From assembly GCA_041746715.1 (NCBI GenBank), contig JBGTGN010000032.1, forward strand, positions 468-64,467: a DNA stretch of 64,000 nucleotides, in the 5' to 3' direction. Source of the stretch: Pirellulales bacterium. Lineage in GTDB: Bacteria; Planctomycetota; Planctomycetia; Pirellulales; UBA1268. The translations under genes were made by a program, and so were the position numbers. The notes beneath the pieces are model-generated. The model made no database searches. It had not been told where the DNA came from and worked only from the letters and a program-made list of their open reading frames with translations. Positions 27,627 through 37,966 of the stretch are shown here, one piece after another (position 1 is the stretch's first letter; each line of letters starts with the position of its first letter).

Positions 27627-28574
27627 ATGGGACCGCATTCCCGACAGATTGTAGGTCAATTGGTTTTTCAAGGCTCAAGAATGGAACCCGACGGAGGCTA
27701 TTCAGAGCGGCCCGAGTGGCCCTTCGCCCCGCCGGGATTGCCCACCCGGTGGGACGGACCGGCCCTCGCTGGCAACGGCCAATCCGCCCGTACTGAGGAA
27801 TCTGCGAGCCTTCGGGCCGAAATCGCCACGCTTCAAAGCGAGATGGCGACCCTGCGGGGCGACCTCCTCGAGGCCCGCAAGCAGGCGACCCTCGGCGGCC
27901 TGCTCGGCACGACCACCCACGAATTCAATAACGCGCTCACAACGATCCTCAACTACGCCCGCCTCGGCATCCGGCACCGTGATCAGCCGACCCGCGACAA
28001 AGCCCTCGAGCGGATTCTCTCGGCAGGCACACGGGCGGCGAAGATCACCGCGAGCGTCCTCTCGATGTCGCGGAATCGGTCGAGCCGATTCGAGCCGCTC
28101 GATCTCCACGTCCTTGTAGAGGACGTCTTGGTTTTGCTCGAGCGGGAGATGATGAAATACCGCGTGCAGGTCGAGCGGGAGTTTGCCCCTGTGCCACGGG
28201 TGACGGCCAATCCTGGCCAGCTCCAGCAGGTGCTCTTGAACCTCATGGTCAATGCCCGGCAGGCGATGCCCGAGGGGGGCCGTCTGATCCTGCGGCTCTC
28301 GCACGACGAGGCGACAGGGTTTGTCGATCTCATGGTTCGCGATACCGGCGGCGGCATGCCACCTGAGATTCTCCGGCGGATTTTCGAGCCACGCTTCTCA
28401 ACGAAGACCGGGCCCGACGAAACCGGCAAGGGAGGCAGCGGCCTCGGCCTCACGGCCTGCCGCGAGATCATCGAGGCGCATCGCGGCCGCATTCGCGTCG
28501 AAAGCGCCCCGGGCAAGGGCACGGCCGTGACGGTGCGGATCCCCGCGGAAGTGGCGGCACGACGTTCCGCCTGA
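27627..28574 (+). CDS. Cytoplasmic histidine kinase (coiled coil, HisKA, HATPase)
   Basis: It has the H-box TTHEFNNALTTILNYARL, an N-box LLNLMVNARQAM, and G-boxes VRDTGGGM and GSGLGLTACREI. No TM segment is present. The start could be ATG 27681. Confidence 0.82.
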   Translation: MGPHSRQIVGQLVFQGSRMEPDGGYSERPEWPFAPPGLPTRWDGPALAGNGQSARTEESASLRAEIATLQSEMATLRGDLLEARKQATLGGLLGTTTHEFNNALTTILNYARLGIRHRDQPTRDKALERILSAGTRAAKITASVLSMSRNRSSRFEPLDLHVLVEDVLVLLEREMMKYRVQVEREFAPVPRVTANPGQLQQVLLNLMVNARQAMPEGGRLILRLSHDEATGFVDLMVRDTGGGMPPEILRRIFEPRFSTKTGPDETGKGGSGLGLTACREIIEAHRGRIRVESAPGKGTAVTVRIPAEVAARRSA

Positions 28575-28666
28575 GCGTATTCTGCGAGAGACTCGCCGTT
28601 GCCCCCGCGGGATGGCGGGGAGTAGTCTCCGGGCTTCACGCCCCGCGCTCCCATGATGGTCCTCCC

Positions 28667-29863
28667 ATGCCCACTCGCCTCCGCCGATTTCTCTCGTTCA
28701 CCCTGCCGGTGCTCTTCCTGGCCTGCACCGTCGCTCTCCTGAGCGCATTGCCATGCCTCATCGCTGCTGAGCCGCCTGCTCCCGGATCAAGCAGCCGAAC
28801 CGCCGCGGTCCCTCCCGTGCCAGCCGGCACACCTGCTGAGCTTTTTGCCTACATCGAGATGCTTCGCACAACGCCCGTACCAGCCACGTCCCGCGGGCGT
28901 CAGCGTTATTTCAAACGGAAGCAGCTCGCGGCGATCGCCGAGGCCGCTGGCCGCGTCGTCGCCCAAACCCAGCCTGGCGATGCAGCCTTTTCGGATGCCG
29001 TAGCGTTTCGTTTCGCGGCCCTCGACACGCTGGCGCAGCTTGACGAGCCCGGTGCGGCTGCGGCGCTTGCGGGGTTTGCCGACTCGCTCCTGGATTGCCC
29101 CGATGAGGCCGTGGCGAGACGGGCCCAACGAATCGCCTTCGACGCGCACATCGATTCGATCGTAGCGACGGGCCGCCCCGACGATGTGATGCCGCTTCTT
29201 CCACGCATCGTGGCCCTGCTCCGGCAGGCACCCGACGACGCGGCTCTTGCTCAAACAGCATCCGAGCTCGTCACGAAACTGAGCAAGATGCCGGGTGGCG
29301 ACGCGGCAGCCTACGCGGCCCTCGAAGCCTTTCTCCCGATCTTCGAGGCAAGCACAAATGCTGACGTTCAGCACATGGCGGCAGGACTCGCCGGCATGGC
29401 CCGGCGGCTCTCCCTTTCTGGCCATCCGATGGTTATCACTGGCACGCTGCTCTCAGGCGAGCCGTTCGATCAGCGAGCGCTCGCCGGCAAGGTCGTGCTC
29501 GTTGACTTCTGGGCCACCTGGTGCGGCCCGTGTGTCGCGGAGATGGCCAACCTCGAGGCCGAGTATGCGAAGTGGCATGACAAGGGTTTTGAAGTTGTTG
29601 GTGTGAGCCTCGACGAAGACCGCGACACGCTCGAGCAGTTTGTCACGACCCGCAAGATTCCATGGCCAATTCTCTATGAGGAGCCGATTGGCCCCGACTG
29701 GCAGCACCCGCTTTCGACCTATTACGGCATCACCGGCATTCCGACGGTGATCCTCATTGGCCGCGACGGCAACGTCATCACGCTCGACGCCCGCGGCAAG
29801 AAGCTCGGCGCCGCACTCGAGCGACTCCTCGGCGACCCACCCGCCCGCATCGGCGCCCGCTGA
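28667..29863 (+). CDS. Exported TlpA-like thiol:disulfide oxidoreductase with N-terminal Ala-rich helical domain
   Basis: It has a signal-like N-terminus and a C-terminal thioredoxin fold with VLVDFWATWCGPCVAEMANL and the YGITGIPTVILIGRDG motif. Confidence 0.8.
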   Translation: MPTRLRRFLSFTLPVLFLACTVALLSALPCLIAAEPPAPGSSSRTAAVPPVPAGTPAELFAYIEMLRTTPVPATSRGRQRYFKRKQLAAIAEAAGRVVAQTQPGDAAFSDAVAFRFAALDTLAQLDEPGAAAALAGFADSLLDCPDEAVARRAQRIAFDAHIDSIVATGRPDDVMPLLPRIVALLRQAPDDAALAQTASELVTKLSKMPGGDAAAYAALEAFLPIFEASTNADVQHMAAGLAGMARRLSLSGHPMVITGTLLSGEPFDQRALAGKVVLVDFWATWCGPCVAEMANLEAEYAKWHDKGFEVVGVSLDEDRDTLEQFVTTRKIPWPILYEEPIGPDWQHPLSTYYGITGIPTVILIGRDGNVITLDARGKKLGAALERLLGDPPARIGAR

Positions 29864-29879
29864 GCCCTGACGCCCTCCC

Positions 29880-31169
29880 CTACGCGCTCTTCGTGCGAGC
29901 CTCGCGGATCGGGATCACCGTCTCCACGCCATCGACATGCTGCTCGTCGATCACGTAGGTCGCCCCCTGGTGGTCGGGCAGGTCGAACATGATGTCGAGC
30001 ATCGTGTCTTCCATGATGCTTCGCAGACCACGGGCACCGGTGTCCTTCTTCATCGCCTTGCGAGCAATCGAGCGAAGGGCTGCATCGGTAAACTCGAGCG
30101 TGCAGTTCTCGAGCCCAAACATCTTCTGGTACTGCTTGATGAGCGCGTTGCGAGGCTCGGTGAGCACCTTCACGAGGGCTTCCTCGTTGAGCGGCTGGAG
30201 CGACGAGATCACCGGGAGACGACCGACGAGCTCCGGGATAAGTCCGAACTCGAGGATGTCATCGGAATCGACCTGCGGGAGCAGTTCGGCCAGGTCGGCG
30301 TCGCCACGGTGCCCGATGGGCTGACCAAAGCCGATCGTTCGCTGGCCCAGGCGTTTCGCGATGATCTTGTCGATGCCTACGAACGTGCCGCCGCAGATGA
30401 AAAGGATATTCGTCGTATCGAGCTGGATGTACTGCTGCTCGGGGTGCTTTCGGCCCCCCTGCGGCGGAACATTCGCGACCGTGCCTTCGAGCATCTTCAG
30501 GAGGGCCTGCTGCACGCCCTCGCCTGACACGTCGCGGGTGATCGAGACGTTTTGGCTCGTCTTGCCGATCTTGTCGATCTCGTCGATGTAAAGGATGCCT
30601 CGCTGGGCCGCCTCAATGTCGTAGTCGGCGGCGTTCAAGAGCTTGAGGAGAAGGTTTTCCACGTCTTCGCCCACATAGCCGGCTTCGGTGAGCGTCGTGG
30701 CATCGCCGATCGCGAACGGCACGTCAAGGATGCGGGCGAGCGTTCGGGCGAGGAGCGTCTTGCCGCAGCCGGTTGGGCCCATGAGAAGGATGTTGGACTT
30801 ATCGACTTCGACGTCGGTGCCATCGCGGCCCAGATTCAGCCGCTTGTAGTGGCTGTGTACCGCCACGGCGAGCACCCGCTTGGCGTGCTGCTGCCCGATC
30901 ACGTATTGATCGAGGTGGGTGACGAGCTCGCGGGGCGACGGGATCGACGTAAAGAGCTGCTTGCCTGTGCCTCGACGCTTCTTCTCCTGGTCGAGAATCG
31001 ACTGGCAAAGCTCGATACACTCGCCACAGATGTAGACGTCACCGGGCCCCTCCACGAGCGGCCCGACATCGCGGTAACTCTTGCGGCAGAACGAACAGAA
31101 GGCGTTCTTCTTGGTCGTTCCGCCAGTCCCGCGGCGTCCCAGACCTCCCGTGTCTTTTCCCGTTGGCAT
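29880..31169 (-). CDS. clpX: ATP-dependent Clp protease ATP-binding subunit ClpX
   Basis: It has the zinc ribbon CSFCRKS...CGECIELC, Walker [15 protein letters not shown], Walker [11 protein letters not shown], and a pore-loop-region segment [22 protein letters not shown] lies about 8 nt upstream. Confidence 0.96.
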   Translation of the reverse strand: MPTGKDTGGLGRRGTGGTTKKNAFCSFCRKSYRDVGPLVEGPGDVYICGECIELCQSILDQEKKRRGTGKQLFTSIPSPRELVTHLDQYVIGQQHAKRVLAVAVHSHYKRLNLGRDGTDVEVDKSNILLMGPTGCGKTLLARTLARILDVPFAIGDATTLTEAGYVGEDVENLLLKLLNAADYDIEAAQRGILYIDEIDKIGKTSQNVSITRDVSGEGVQQALLKMLEGTVANVPPQGGRKHPEQQYIQLDTTNILFICGGTFVGIDKIIAKRLGQRTIGFGQPIGHRGDADLAELLPQVDSDDILEFGLIPELVGRLPVISSLQPLNEEALVKVLTEPRNALIKQYQKMFGLENCTLEFTDAALRSIARKAMKKDTGARGLRSIMEDTMLDIMFDLPDHQGATYVIDEQHVDGVETVIPIREARTKSA

Positions 31170-31173
31170 CCGT

Positions 31174-31554
31174 TCATTCCCTCACATCAGTTGGCCCGAC
31201 GGGATCCGAAGGCGGCCGCTGCCGCCCACGGAGTTCGGGTGTGTCTTGCCGTACCTTTGGCCCGACGAGTGTTCTTATTCTTCGGAATTCTTCTTCGCTG
31301 AGCACACCCTCGTCCCGGAGATTCCGGTATTGAAGGAGCGTATTGTGCCATTCCTCTCCGTCTGGCCCGTCGAATCCTCCAACTCCATCTAGTCCCAACC
31401 ACCGCCTCCGCACCCAGAGAATCGCAACGACTGCTGCAGCTACGAGGGCCGCGAGCAGCGCCAGGTTGATGACGAGGCCAGCGGAGACGCGGGCCTGTGC
31501 CACCAGTGGGATACTCGCGGCGCCGACGGCAAAAGCCAAGGCGAATTCTTGCAC
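31174..31554 (-). CDS. Small membrane protein with SHOCT-like C-terminal motif (tentative)
   Basis: A GTG start at 31554 is the first plausible start before the TM ([22 protein letters not shown]). The tail [25 protein letters not shown] resembles the SHOCT motif. The ORF ends 4 nt before the clpX ATG. Confidence 0.38.
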   Translation of the reverse strand: MQEFALAFAVGAASIPLVAQARVSAGLVINLALLAALVAAAVVAILWVRRRWLGLDGVGGFDGPDGEEWHNTLLQYRNLRDEGVLSEEEFRRIRTLVGPKVRQDTPELRGRQRPPSDPVGPTDVRE

Positions 31555-31827
31555 GGCCCAGACCCTTCGATAATTGCCTGGGAAAGAAGGCTTAAAACGT
31601 TCCCGACTGGAGCCACTCACGCGAAACCATTCCCGCGTTTGTGGCCATCGTTCTCCAAGGAGGCACTGCGCGGATTGCGTTCTCAGTATTGCGGCGATCC
31701 CAGTCGCCGGTCCAGCAGAGATTCCCCATGCCACCTGAATTGCCTGTGCCACCTGGCTTGGAGCCCGCCAGCGGGCACACAGTAATACCCCGGGCAAGCT
31801 GGGGAAACTATTTCGATCCTGCTGAAA

Positions 31828-33648
31828 ATGAGTGACTTTCCAGTCGTTCCCGTGCCGATACTCGAAACCATGTGTTTTTCGGCACGCGTACCGCACGTTC
31901 CGGCCTCCCGCTCGGCAGCACGAGGCTGGCTGATCGCCGCTTCGGTGCGGCTGGTGGCTGGAGCCCTTCTCCTTGGGTCCGGCGGAGCCGCATGGGCCCA
32001 GACTGACTCGCTCGCCGAAGCCGCTGGGCTTCCGAACCTCATTCGCACAAAGCACCGTACGTTCGCGATCCCGTTCAGGCTCCCGGAGTCTCGCGATCCG
32101 GATGTTGACGCGACGCCCCAGCGGGTGATCCTCAATGTCTCGAAGGATCTCGGGGCCACGTGGTCAGTTGCTGGCGAGACGGCGCCCACGGCGGGCACCT
32201 TTTCGTATGCAGCCGATGCAGATGGTGAATATTGGTTCCGTCTTCGGGCCGTCGATCGCAAGGGCCGGTCTCGTGGGAGCGAGGGCCCCGATATCCGTGT
32301 GCTGGTCGATGCGGCCGGTCCGCGACTTGCCGCGCGAGTATGGAAGGGGGCTGATGGCGAAATTATCTGTCGCTATGCCGCCGCCGATGACTCGCTGAAG
32401 CTCGATACGCTTGTGCTCGAATTCCGTGGCGGCGATGAGAAGACCTGGAAGAGCATTGCCGCCGACGCCGTCCTCGCTCGCGAAACCCCGGCCCATATGG
32501 TTGGTGAAGCCATCTGGTGGGCGGGCGAGCGGGTTGACCAGCTCGTTGTGAAAATTTCGATCACCGACGCGTCTGGTAACCAGACCATCAAAAAGTTTTC
32601 ATTGGAGTCCGTTGATCCTGGCGTTGACCAGTCAGCGCTCGCTCGGGAGCTGGGGCTGCCTCCCCTTCCGACGGCGCCTGCCGACGCGCAGGCTTCCTTG
32701 CCGAGCGACATGGCCAACGTCCCAGCCGATACCGGGGACGGCACGAGGAGCGTCATCGCCACCCCGGAAACGGAGTCGCCTTGGCCAGCCGAGACTGCCT
32801 CGTGGAGTGACGCCGGGGCTTCTGCCAACACCACCGTAGCCCAACGGCGGCCGTCCGGCCCCGTCGCGCTGCCCGCGGCCGCTGGACTTCTCCCACGAGC
32901 CAAGAACGATGCATCCCGTCCGACGGCCCCGCGTATACCTGACGCATCGCTCCTTGCTGAGGCGAGTGGTGCAACGAACGGCGAGCATGCTGGGCTCCTC
33001 GAGTACCGCGGTCGGCCACTTCACCTCGTGAACATGCGACGGTTTGCCTGGGACTATGAAATCCCCGAGGTTCGTCGCACGGCTGGCCCACTGCGGGCGG
33101 AGCTCTGGACGACCATTGATGGTGGCGTCACCTGGCAGCGGGCCTCGGTCGATAAGGAGTGCCGTAGCCCGATCGCAGTAGAGCTTCATGAAACAGGCTT
33201 CTATGGAGTTCGGCTCGAGCTTGTCGCCGACGTGCCTGATGCCGAGGGCGGCCCGCGGAGCGGCTCCGAGCCCGACGCATGGGTCGGGGTCGATGACGAG
33301 CCGCCGCAGGTGGAGCTCATGGCAGTGGACCGTGACGAGAGTGGATCGAGCGATGCCCTCATGATTCGGTATGCGGCCCGCGACCCCCTCCTCACCGCCA
33401 ATTCCGTTCGGCTCCTCTACTCGCCCAACGCGAGCGGCCCCTGGGCCACGATTGCCACGGGACTGGCCAATGAGGGGAACCATCGATGGGAGCCCGGGCG
33501 AAGCGTGCCAGCCCGCGCGTTCCTGCGAATGGAGGCGACCGACGCCGCCGGTAACACGGGCTCCACAGGAACCGCCGAAGCCGTGTCTGTTGCTCCGACC
33601 CGTGTTCACGGCCGCCTCGGCTCACTGCGAGCCCTGCCCACGCCGTAG
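31828..33648 (+). CDS. Exported two-module protein with Asp-box (BNR-like) motifs
   Basis: 606 aa with a signal-like segment (LLLGSGGAAWAQ). Asp-box-like motifs are SKDLGATW and TIDGGVTW, plus a degenerate SPNASGPW. The two halves share the pattern RxFxIP/YEIP...DGGxTW...Y(W)FRL/YGVRL...DxAGN. The start is uncertain (31828 or 31870). Confidence 0.6.
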   Translation: MSDFPVVPVPILETMCFSARVPHVPASRSAARGWLIAASVRLVAGALLLGSGGAAWAQTDSLAEAAGLPNLIRTKHRTFAIPFRLPESRDPDVDATPQRVILNVSKDLGATWSVAGETAPTAGTFSYAADADGEYWFRLRAVDRKGRSRGSEGPDIRVLVDAAGPRLAARVWKGADGEIICRYAAADDSLKLDTLVLEFRGGDEKTWKSIAADAVLARETPAHMVGEAIWWAGERVDQLVVKISITDASGNQTIKKFSLESVDPGVDQSALARELGLPPLPTAPADAQASLPSDMANVPADTGDGTRSVIATPETESPWPAETASWSDAGASANTTVAQRRPSGPVALPAAAGLLPRAKNDASRPTAPRIPDASLLAEASGATNGEHAGLLEYRGRPLHLVNMRRFAWDYEIPEVRRTAGPLRAELWTTIDGGVTWQRASVDKECRSPIAVELHETGFYGVRLELVADVPDAEGGPRSGSEPDAWVGVDDEPPQVELMAVDRDESGSSDALMIRYAARDPLLTANSVRLLYSPNASGPWATIATGLANEGNHRWEPGRSVPARAFLRMEATDAAGNTGSTGTAEAVSVAPTRVHGRLGSLRALPTP

Positions 33649-33737
33649 GCGATACGGCCGGCGCAGCGGTGTGGTGAGCCGTGACAGACGAGGGGTGCGG
33701 ATTGCGGTAGTCTCCAGGGCAACTCGGAGGCTTTCCG

Positions 33738-34847
33738 TTGGCTGGCGGTCCACACGCGCTCGATATCCTGCTCGAACCCGACGTCCTCGATGTCAGCCAG
33801 GCGTCGATCGTCGTGCTTCACGGCGATGAGCCTTTTCTTTCTGGTCGCGTGCTTGGTGTCCTCCGTGATCAGCTCGTGCCCGATGAGGCCGATCGCGACT
33901 GGGCCTGGCGAGAGTTTGCCGGCGACCAGCCGCTCGATCCGCGGGATGTCTTCGACGAGGCAGCCACGATCCCGCTGTTTGCGTCGGCCACTCGCGCGGC
34001 GGTCGTGCGGCAGGCGGACGCGTTCGTGACGGCGTCCCGCGAGCTGCTCGAGCGGATCGCAAGCACGTCTCGCGGCAAGCGCGGGCTTGTCATCCTCGAA
34101 GTCCGTACGTTTCCAGCTACTACGCGACTCGCGAAGGCGGCTGCCAAGGATGGCCTCGTCATCGAGACGACGGTCTCGAGCAAGCGCGACCTGTCGAGCT
34201 GGGTGCGAAAGTGGGCCCGCGCGGTTCACGGGCTGACACTCTCGGCGGCGGCCGCCGAGGCGCTCCTCGAACGCCTTGCCGGAAGCCTCGGCCTCATTGA
34301 CCAGGCGCTGGCACGGCTTGCCGCAGCGATACCGAAGGCCGACCACGGGAAGACCATCGCTCCCGAAGCCATCGATGCCTTCGCTGCCGCGCCGGGGGAA
34401 AGGCCTGCCTGGGACATGATCGACGCCGCGGCAACCGGTAACACTCCGAAGGCGCTCTCCGAATTGGCTGCCATTCTCGAAACGGGCGAGAGCCCGATTG
34501 CCATTGCCGCCCAGGCCTCGGCCGTGCTCCGCAAGGTGGCGACCGCCGCGCGGCTACTCGGTTTGCCGGCCAGCGGCGGCCGCCCAGCAGGGGTCGATCA
34601 GGCGCTCCGTGAGGCGGGCGTGGCTGCCTGGCCCAAGGCGATGACCCAGGCCCGCGAGGCATTGACCCAGCTTGGCACCGCCCGTGCCCGTCGGCTTCCC
34701 ATCTGGCTTCGTGACCTCGATCTGTCTCTCAAAGGAGAGGCCTCCCGGGGCCTGCGAGCCAGGCTGGCACTCGAGCGGTTGTTTTGCAGAATGGCACGAC
34801 TACACGACCGCCCGCAGCCATCGGGCTCGCGTCCGCCCAGGGCGTGA
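33738..34847 (+). CDS. holA: DNA polymerase III delta subunit
   Basis: The TTG start lies 7 nt after GGAGG (33726-33730). The N-terminal pattern is IVVLHGDEPFL...AATIPLFASATRAAVVRQADAF, followed by a helical C-terminal domain. Confidence 0.8.
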   Translation: MAGGPHALDILLEPDVLDVSQASIVVLHGDEPFLSGRVLGVLRDQLVPDEADRDWAWREFAGDQPLDPRDVFDEAATIPLFASATRAAVVRQADAFVTASRELLERIASTSRGKRGLVILEVRTFPATTRLAKAAAKDGLVIETTVSSKRDLSSWVRKWARAVHGLTLSAAAAEALLERLAGSLGLIDQALARLAAAIPKADHGKTIAPEAIDAFAAAPGERPAWDMIDAAATGNTPKALSELAAILETGESPIAIAAQASAVLRKVATAARLLGLPASGGRPAGVDQALREAGVAAWPKAMTQAREALTQLGTARARRLPIWLRDLDLSLKGEASRGLRARLALERLFCRMARLHDRPQPSGSRPPRA

Positions 34848-36352
34848 GCGACACGACTTTGCGGGACGATTCCCGCTTCACGGATTCCACGAGCCCTTCG
34901 GAGCCATTCCCCTTGCAGCCCCCCGCCACCTTCGACCGCGACCGTTGGGAAAATCCTCTGGCCACCCGGTATGCGTCGTCCGAGATGACACGGCTCTGGA
35001 GTGACAGCCATCGCTACTCGCTCTGGCGAAAGGTGTGGCTGGCGCTTGCCGAGAGTGAAGCAGAGCTCGGCCTGGCCATCACGCCGGCCCAGCTCGCCGA
35101 GATGCGGGCCCACATCGACACGATCGATTTCGAAAAGGCCGCTGACTACGAACGACGAATGCGGCATGATGTGTTTGCCCACCTGCACGCCTTCGCCGAC
35201 GACTGTCCTGCCTCGCGGCCGATCATCCACTTGGGCGCGACGAGTGCGTATGTCACCGACAATACCGACCTCGTGCTTGTTCGCGAGTCGCTTGATCTTG
35301 TGGCCGCCAGACTCGCCACAGTGATCGAACAACTGGCCGCCAAGGCGATCGAGACCCGATCCCTCGTCTGCCTCGGCCGCACCCACCTCCAGCCCGCACA
35401 ACCCACCACGATCGGCAAACGACTCTGCCTTTGGATCCACGACCTCCTTCTCGATCTCGAGGAGGTGACCCACCGTCGCAAACTCCTGCGGGCTCGTGGT
35501 GTGAAGGGCACGACCGGCACGCAGGCGAGTTTCCTGGAGCTTTTTGATGGCGATCACGCGAAGGTTCGCCGGCTTGACGAACTCGTGGCCCAGAAGCTGG
35601 GCTTTCATTCCTCCTATGAGGTGACGGGCCAAACCTACACCCGCAAGATCGACTCCCAAGTGGTCGCAGCGCTTGCTGGTGTGTCGGAGTCGTGCCACAA
35701 GGCCGGCAATGATCTCCGACTCGCGTCAGCCTGGGGCGAGATGGAAGAGCCGTTCGAGAAGGAGCAGGTGGGCTCGTCAGCCATGCCCTACAAGCGAAAC
35801 CCGATGCGGGCCGAACGCATGTGTGGCCTGGGTCGATTCGTGATGGGCCTTGCGGTGACGGCCGGGCAAACAGCCGCTACACAGTGGCTCGAGCGCACGC
35901 TCGACGACTCCGCGCCCCGCCGTCTCGTGCTTCCCCAATCGTTTCTCGCGACCGACGCCCAGCTCGTCCTTTTCGCCAACATCGCCGGCGGCCTTGTCGT
36001 CCTTCCCGGTGGCGTTCGCAAGAACCTCGAGGCCCACCTGCCCTTCTTGGCGTCGGAAAAGATTTTGATGGCCGGCACCCAGGCGGGCGGCGACCGGCAA
36101 GCCCTCCACGAGGCGCTGCGGGTCCACAGCCATGCGGCGACCGCGAAGATTCGCGAGGGTGAAGCCAACGACCTGGCCGAACGCCTCGCGGCCGATCCGC
36201 TCTTTGCAACCGTCGATCTTGCCGCCGCGATGAATGCCGAAGACCTCGCAGGCCGCTCTGCCGAGCAGGTCGATGAGTTTGTCATGGGTGCCGTGAAAGC
36301 CGCCCTTGAAGAATGCCCCGCCCGCGCCCCCGACGCCGCGCTCGTCGTCTAG
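34844..36352 (+). CDS. purB: Adenylosuccinate lyase
   Basis: Motifs are NPLATRYASSEMTRLWS, GTTGTQASF and the fumarate-lyase signature SSAMPYKRNPMRAERM. GTG 34844 overlaps the holA stop (GTGA). The alternative is TTG 34784. Confidence 0.92.
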   Translation: MSDTTLRDDSRFTDSTSPSEPFPLQPPATFDRDRWENPLATRYASSEMTRLWSDSHRYSLWRKVWLALAESEAELGLAITPAQLAEMRAHIDTIDFEKAADYERRMRHDVFAHLHAFADDCPASRPIIHLGATSAYVTDNTDLVLVRESLDLVAARLATVIEQLAAKAIETRSLVCLGRTHLQPAQPTTIGKRLCLWIHDLLLDLEEVTHRRKLLRARGVKGTTGTQASFLELFDGDHAKVRRLDELVAQKLGFHSSYEVTGQTYTRKIDSQVVAALAGVSESCHKAGNDLRLASAWGEMEEPFEKEQVGSSAMPYKRNPMRAERMCGLGRFVMGLAVTAGQTAATQWLERTLDDSAPRRLVLPQSFLATDAQLVLFANIAGGLVVLPGGVRKNLEAHLPFLASEKILMAGTQAGGDRQALHEALRVHSHAATAKIREGEANDLAERLAADPLFATVDLAAAMNAEDLAGRSAEQVDEFVMGAVKAALEECPARAPDAALVV

Positions 36353-36420
36353 GGACACGCCAGACCTCCCTACGCCCACCGCTTCGGGGTGGCCTGTGCC
36401 ACGTAGCTCCGAACGTGAAC

Positions 36421-37845
36421 CTATCGCATGCCAGTGCCCCAGACATCTTCGGCTTTGAGCGGCGGGTCCGGCGGGCCGACGCCTTCCAATGTGCCGAGCG
36501 GCACTTGGTTAGCGTAGATCTCCGTGAGCAGTTGCTTGGCGCGGGTGAGCATGGCCTCAACGCGCTCGGGGTGCTGATCGGCAAGATTGTTCAACTCCTT
36601 GGCATCATCATCAAGGTTGTAGAGCGAGGGGCCATCGATGAGCGGCGGGTCTTTGGGGTTTTCATTACCCACGTTGAAGACCAGCTTCCACGGGCCAACG
36701 CGGATCGCCGTAGCCTGGCCGCGGCCGTGCCAATAAAGCATTTCATGCCGAGCGTGCACGGCCGGAGCACCGGCGAATGTCTTCCAGACGCTCACGCCGT
36801 CGATCTTCTGTGCCTTCTGCGGCAACTCAATCTTCACACCGCACGCCTCGGCCAGCGTCGGAAAGAGGTCAATCGCACTGACCATGGCATTGCTGGTCGT
36901 GTTGGCATCGATGACGCCTGGGAACCGCACGATACAAGGCACGCGAGTGCCACCTTCGAGCGACTGCCACTTCATCCCACTGAATGGCGGATTGTCGTGT
37001 GGGCCCTGCTGGCCGCTTTGCCGACCATTGTCGGAGGTGAATACCACGATGGTGTTGTGGGCAAGGTCCTTGTTGTCGAGGGCATCAAGAATCTGCCCGA
37101 CGCGGAAATCCAGTTCCTCGACGACGTCGGTGTATTCACCAGACGTGTCGTCACCCGACTTGCCATGCCAATCGGGGTGGGGTTCGGCCGGGAAATGTGG
37201 GGCGGTCCAGGGGACGAAAAGAAAAAACGGCTTGTTGCTGTCTTCATGGATCACACGAAGGGCTTCTTCGGCAAATGCCTCTGTCAACATGCGGTTGTCC
37301 CATGCCTCGCGGACGAGCACGCCATCGCGATACATATCCCGGTTCTGGTTGTTGCTCATGAAGATGAACGACGACGAGTCGAAGCCCTGTTGGTTCGGGG
37401 CCATTGCTTCGCTTCCGACGTGCCACTTGCCGGCCATCGCAGTGCGGTAGCCAGCGTCTCGAAAGGCTTCGGCGATGGTGTAGACATCGCTCGACATGCC
37501 GGTCTTGGGTTTGAATCCGTAGCCCAACACCCCCCACCGCCAGCCGAGGCGTGCGGGATAGGCTCCCGATAGCAGTGCCATGCGCGAGGGCGAGCAGACG
37601 GGGTTGCCCGCGTAGTAACCGGTCAGCCTCAGCCCCTGCTTGGCGAGCCCATCGAGCCGGGGGGTCTCGACCCGCTCACTGCCGTAGCACGACAGGTCGT
37701 CGGAGGCCAGGTCGTCGGCCAGCATGAGGATAACGTTGGGCCGCTGAGGCTGAGCCGCCAACACCGACGAGGCGATGAACAAGCTGCCCCCAATCGCCAC
37801 AGCGATCCCGACGACGTAGCGAAAGCATGGTGATTTCGTTTTCAT
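36421..37845 (-). CDS. Arylsulfatase-type sulfatase (formylglycine-dependent)
   Basis: It has a signal peptide, PNVILMLADDL, and the CSPSRMALLSG formylglycine motif (C-x-P-x-R). Later motifs are GKWHVG and TSDNG. Confidence 0.9.
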   Translation of the reverse strand: MKTKSPCFRYVVGIAVAIGGSLFIASSVLAAQPQRPNVILMLADDLASDDLSCYGSERVETPRLDGLAKQGLRLTGYYAGNPVCSPSRMALLSGAYPARLGWRWGVLGYGFKPKTGMSSDVYTIAEAFRDAGYRTAMAGKWHVGSEAMAPNQQGFDSSSFIFMSNNQNRDMYRDGVLVREAWDNRMLTEAFAEEALRVIHEDSNKPFFLFVPWTAPHFPAEPHPDWHGKSGDDTSGEYTDVVEELDFRVGQILDALDNKDLAHNTIVVFTSDNGRQSGQQGPHDNPPFSGMKWQSLEGGTRVPCIVRFPGVIDANTTSNAMVSAIDLFPTLAEACGVKIELPQKAQKIDGVSVWKTFAGAPAVHARHEMLYWHGRGQATAIRVGPWKLVFNVGNENPKDPPLIDGPSLYNLDDDAKELNNLADQHPERVEAMLTRAKQLLTEIYANQVPLGTLEGVGPPDPPLKAEDVWGTGMR

Positions 37846-37966
37846 ACGCTCCAGGGTATCGTATTGATTGCGATTGGCCCTCGCGACCGCGTGTTATTCT
37901 GCACGAAGCACGCGAACACTCCGAGAGAGTGCCGCCCCTCCGATTCCTCTCACCACGAGGCCCCCG

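Noticed and set aside
31555-32055. The upstream two-thirds of the 293-aa minus-strand ORF next to clpX.
   Set aside because: It overlaps the start of the divergent 31828 gene and has an odd composition. Only the C-terminal TM plus SHOCT-like part looks coding, and even that is low confidence.
36376-36392. A weak hairpin (CCACC-gcttcgg-GGTGG) between convergent purB and the sulfatase gene as a bidirectional terminator.
   Set aside because: It has only a 5-bp stem and no U/A tracts, so it is not distinguishable from chance.
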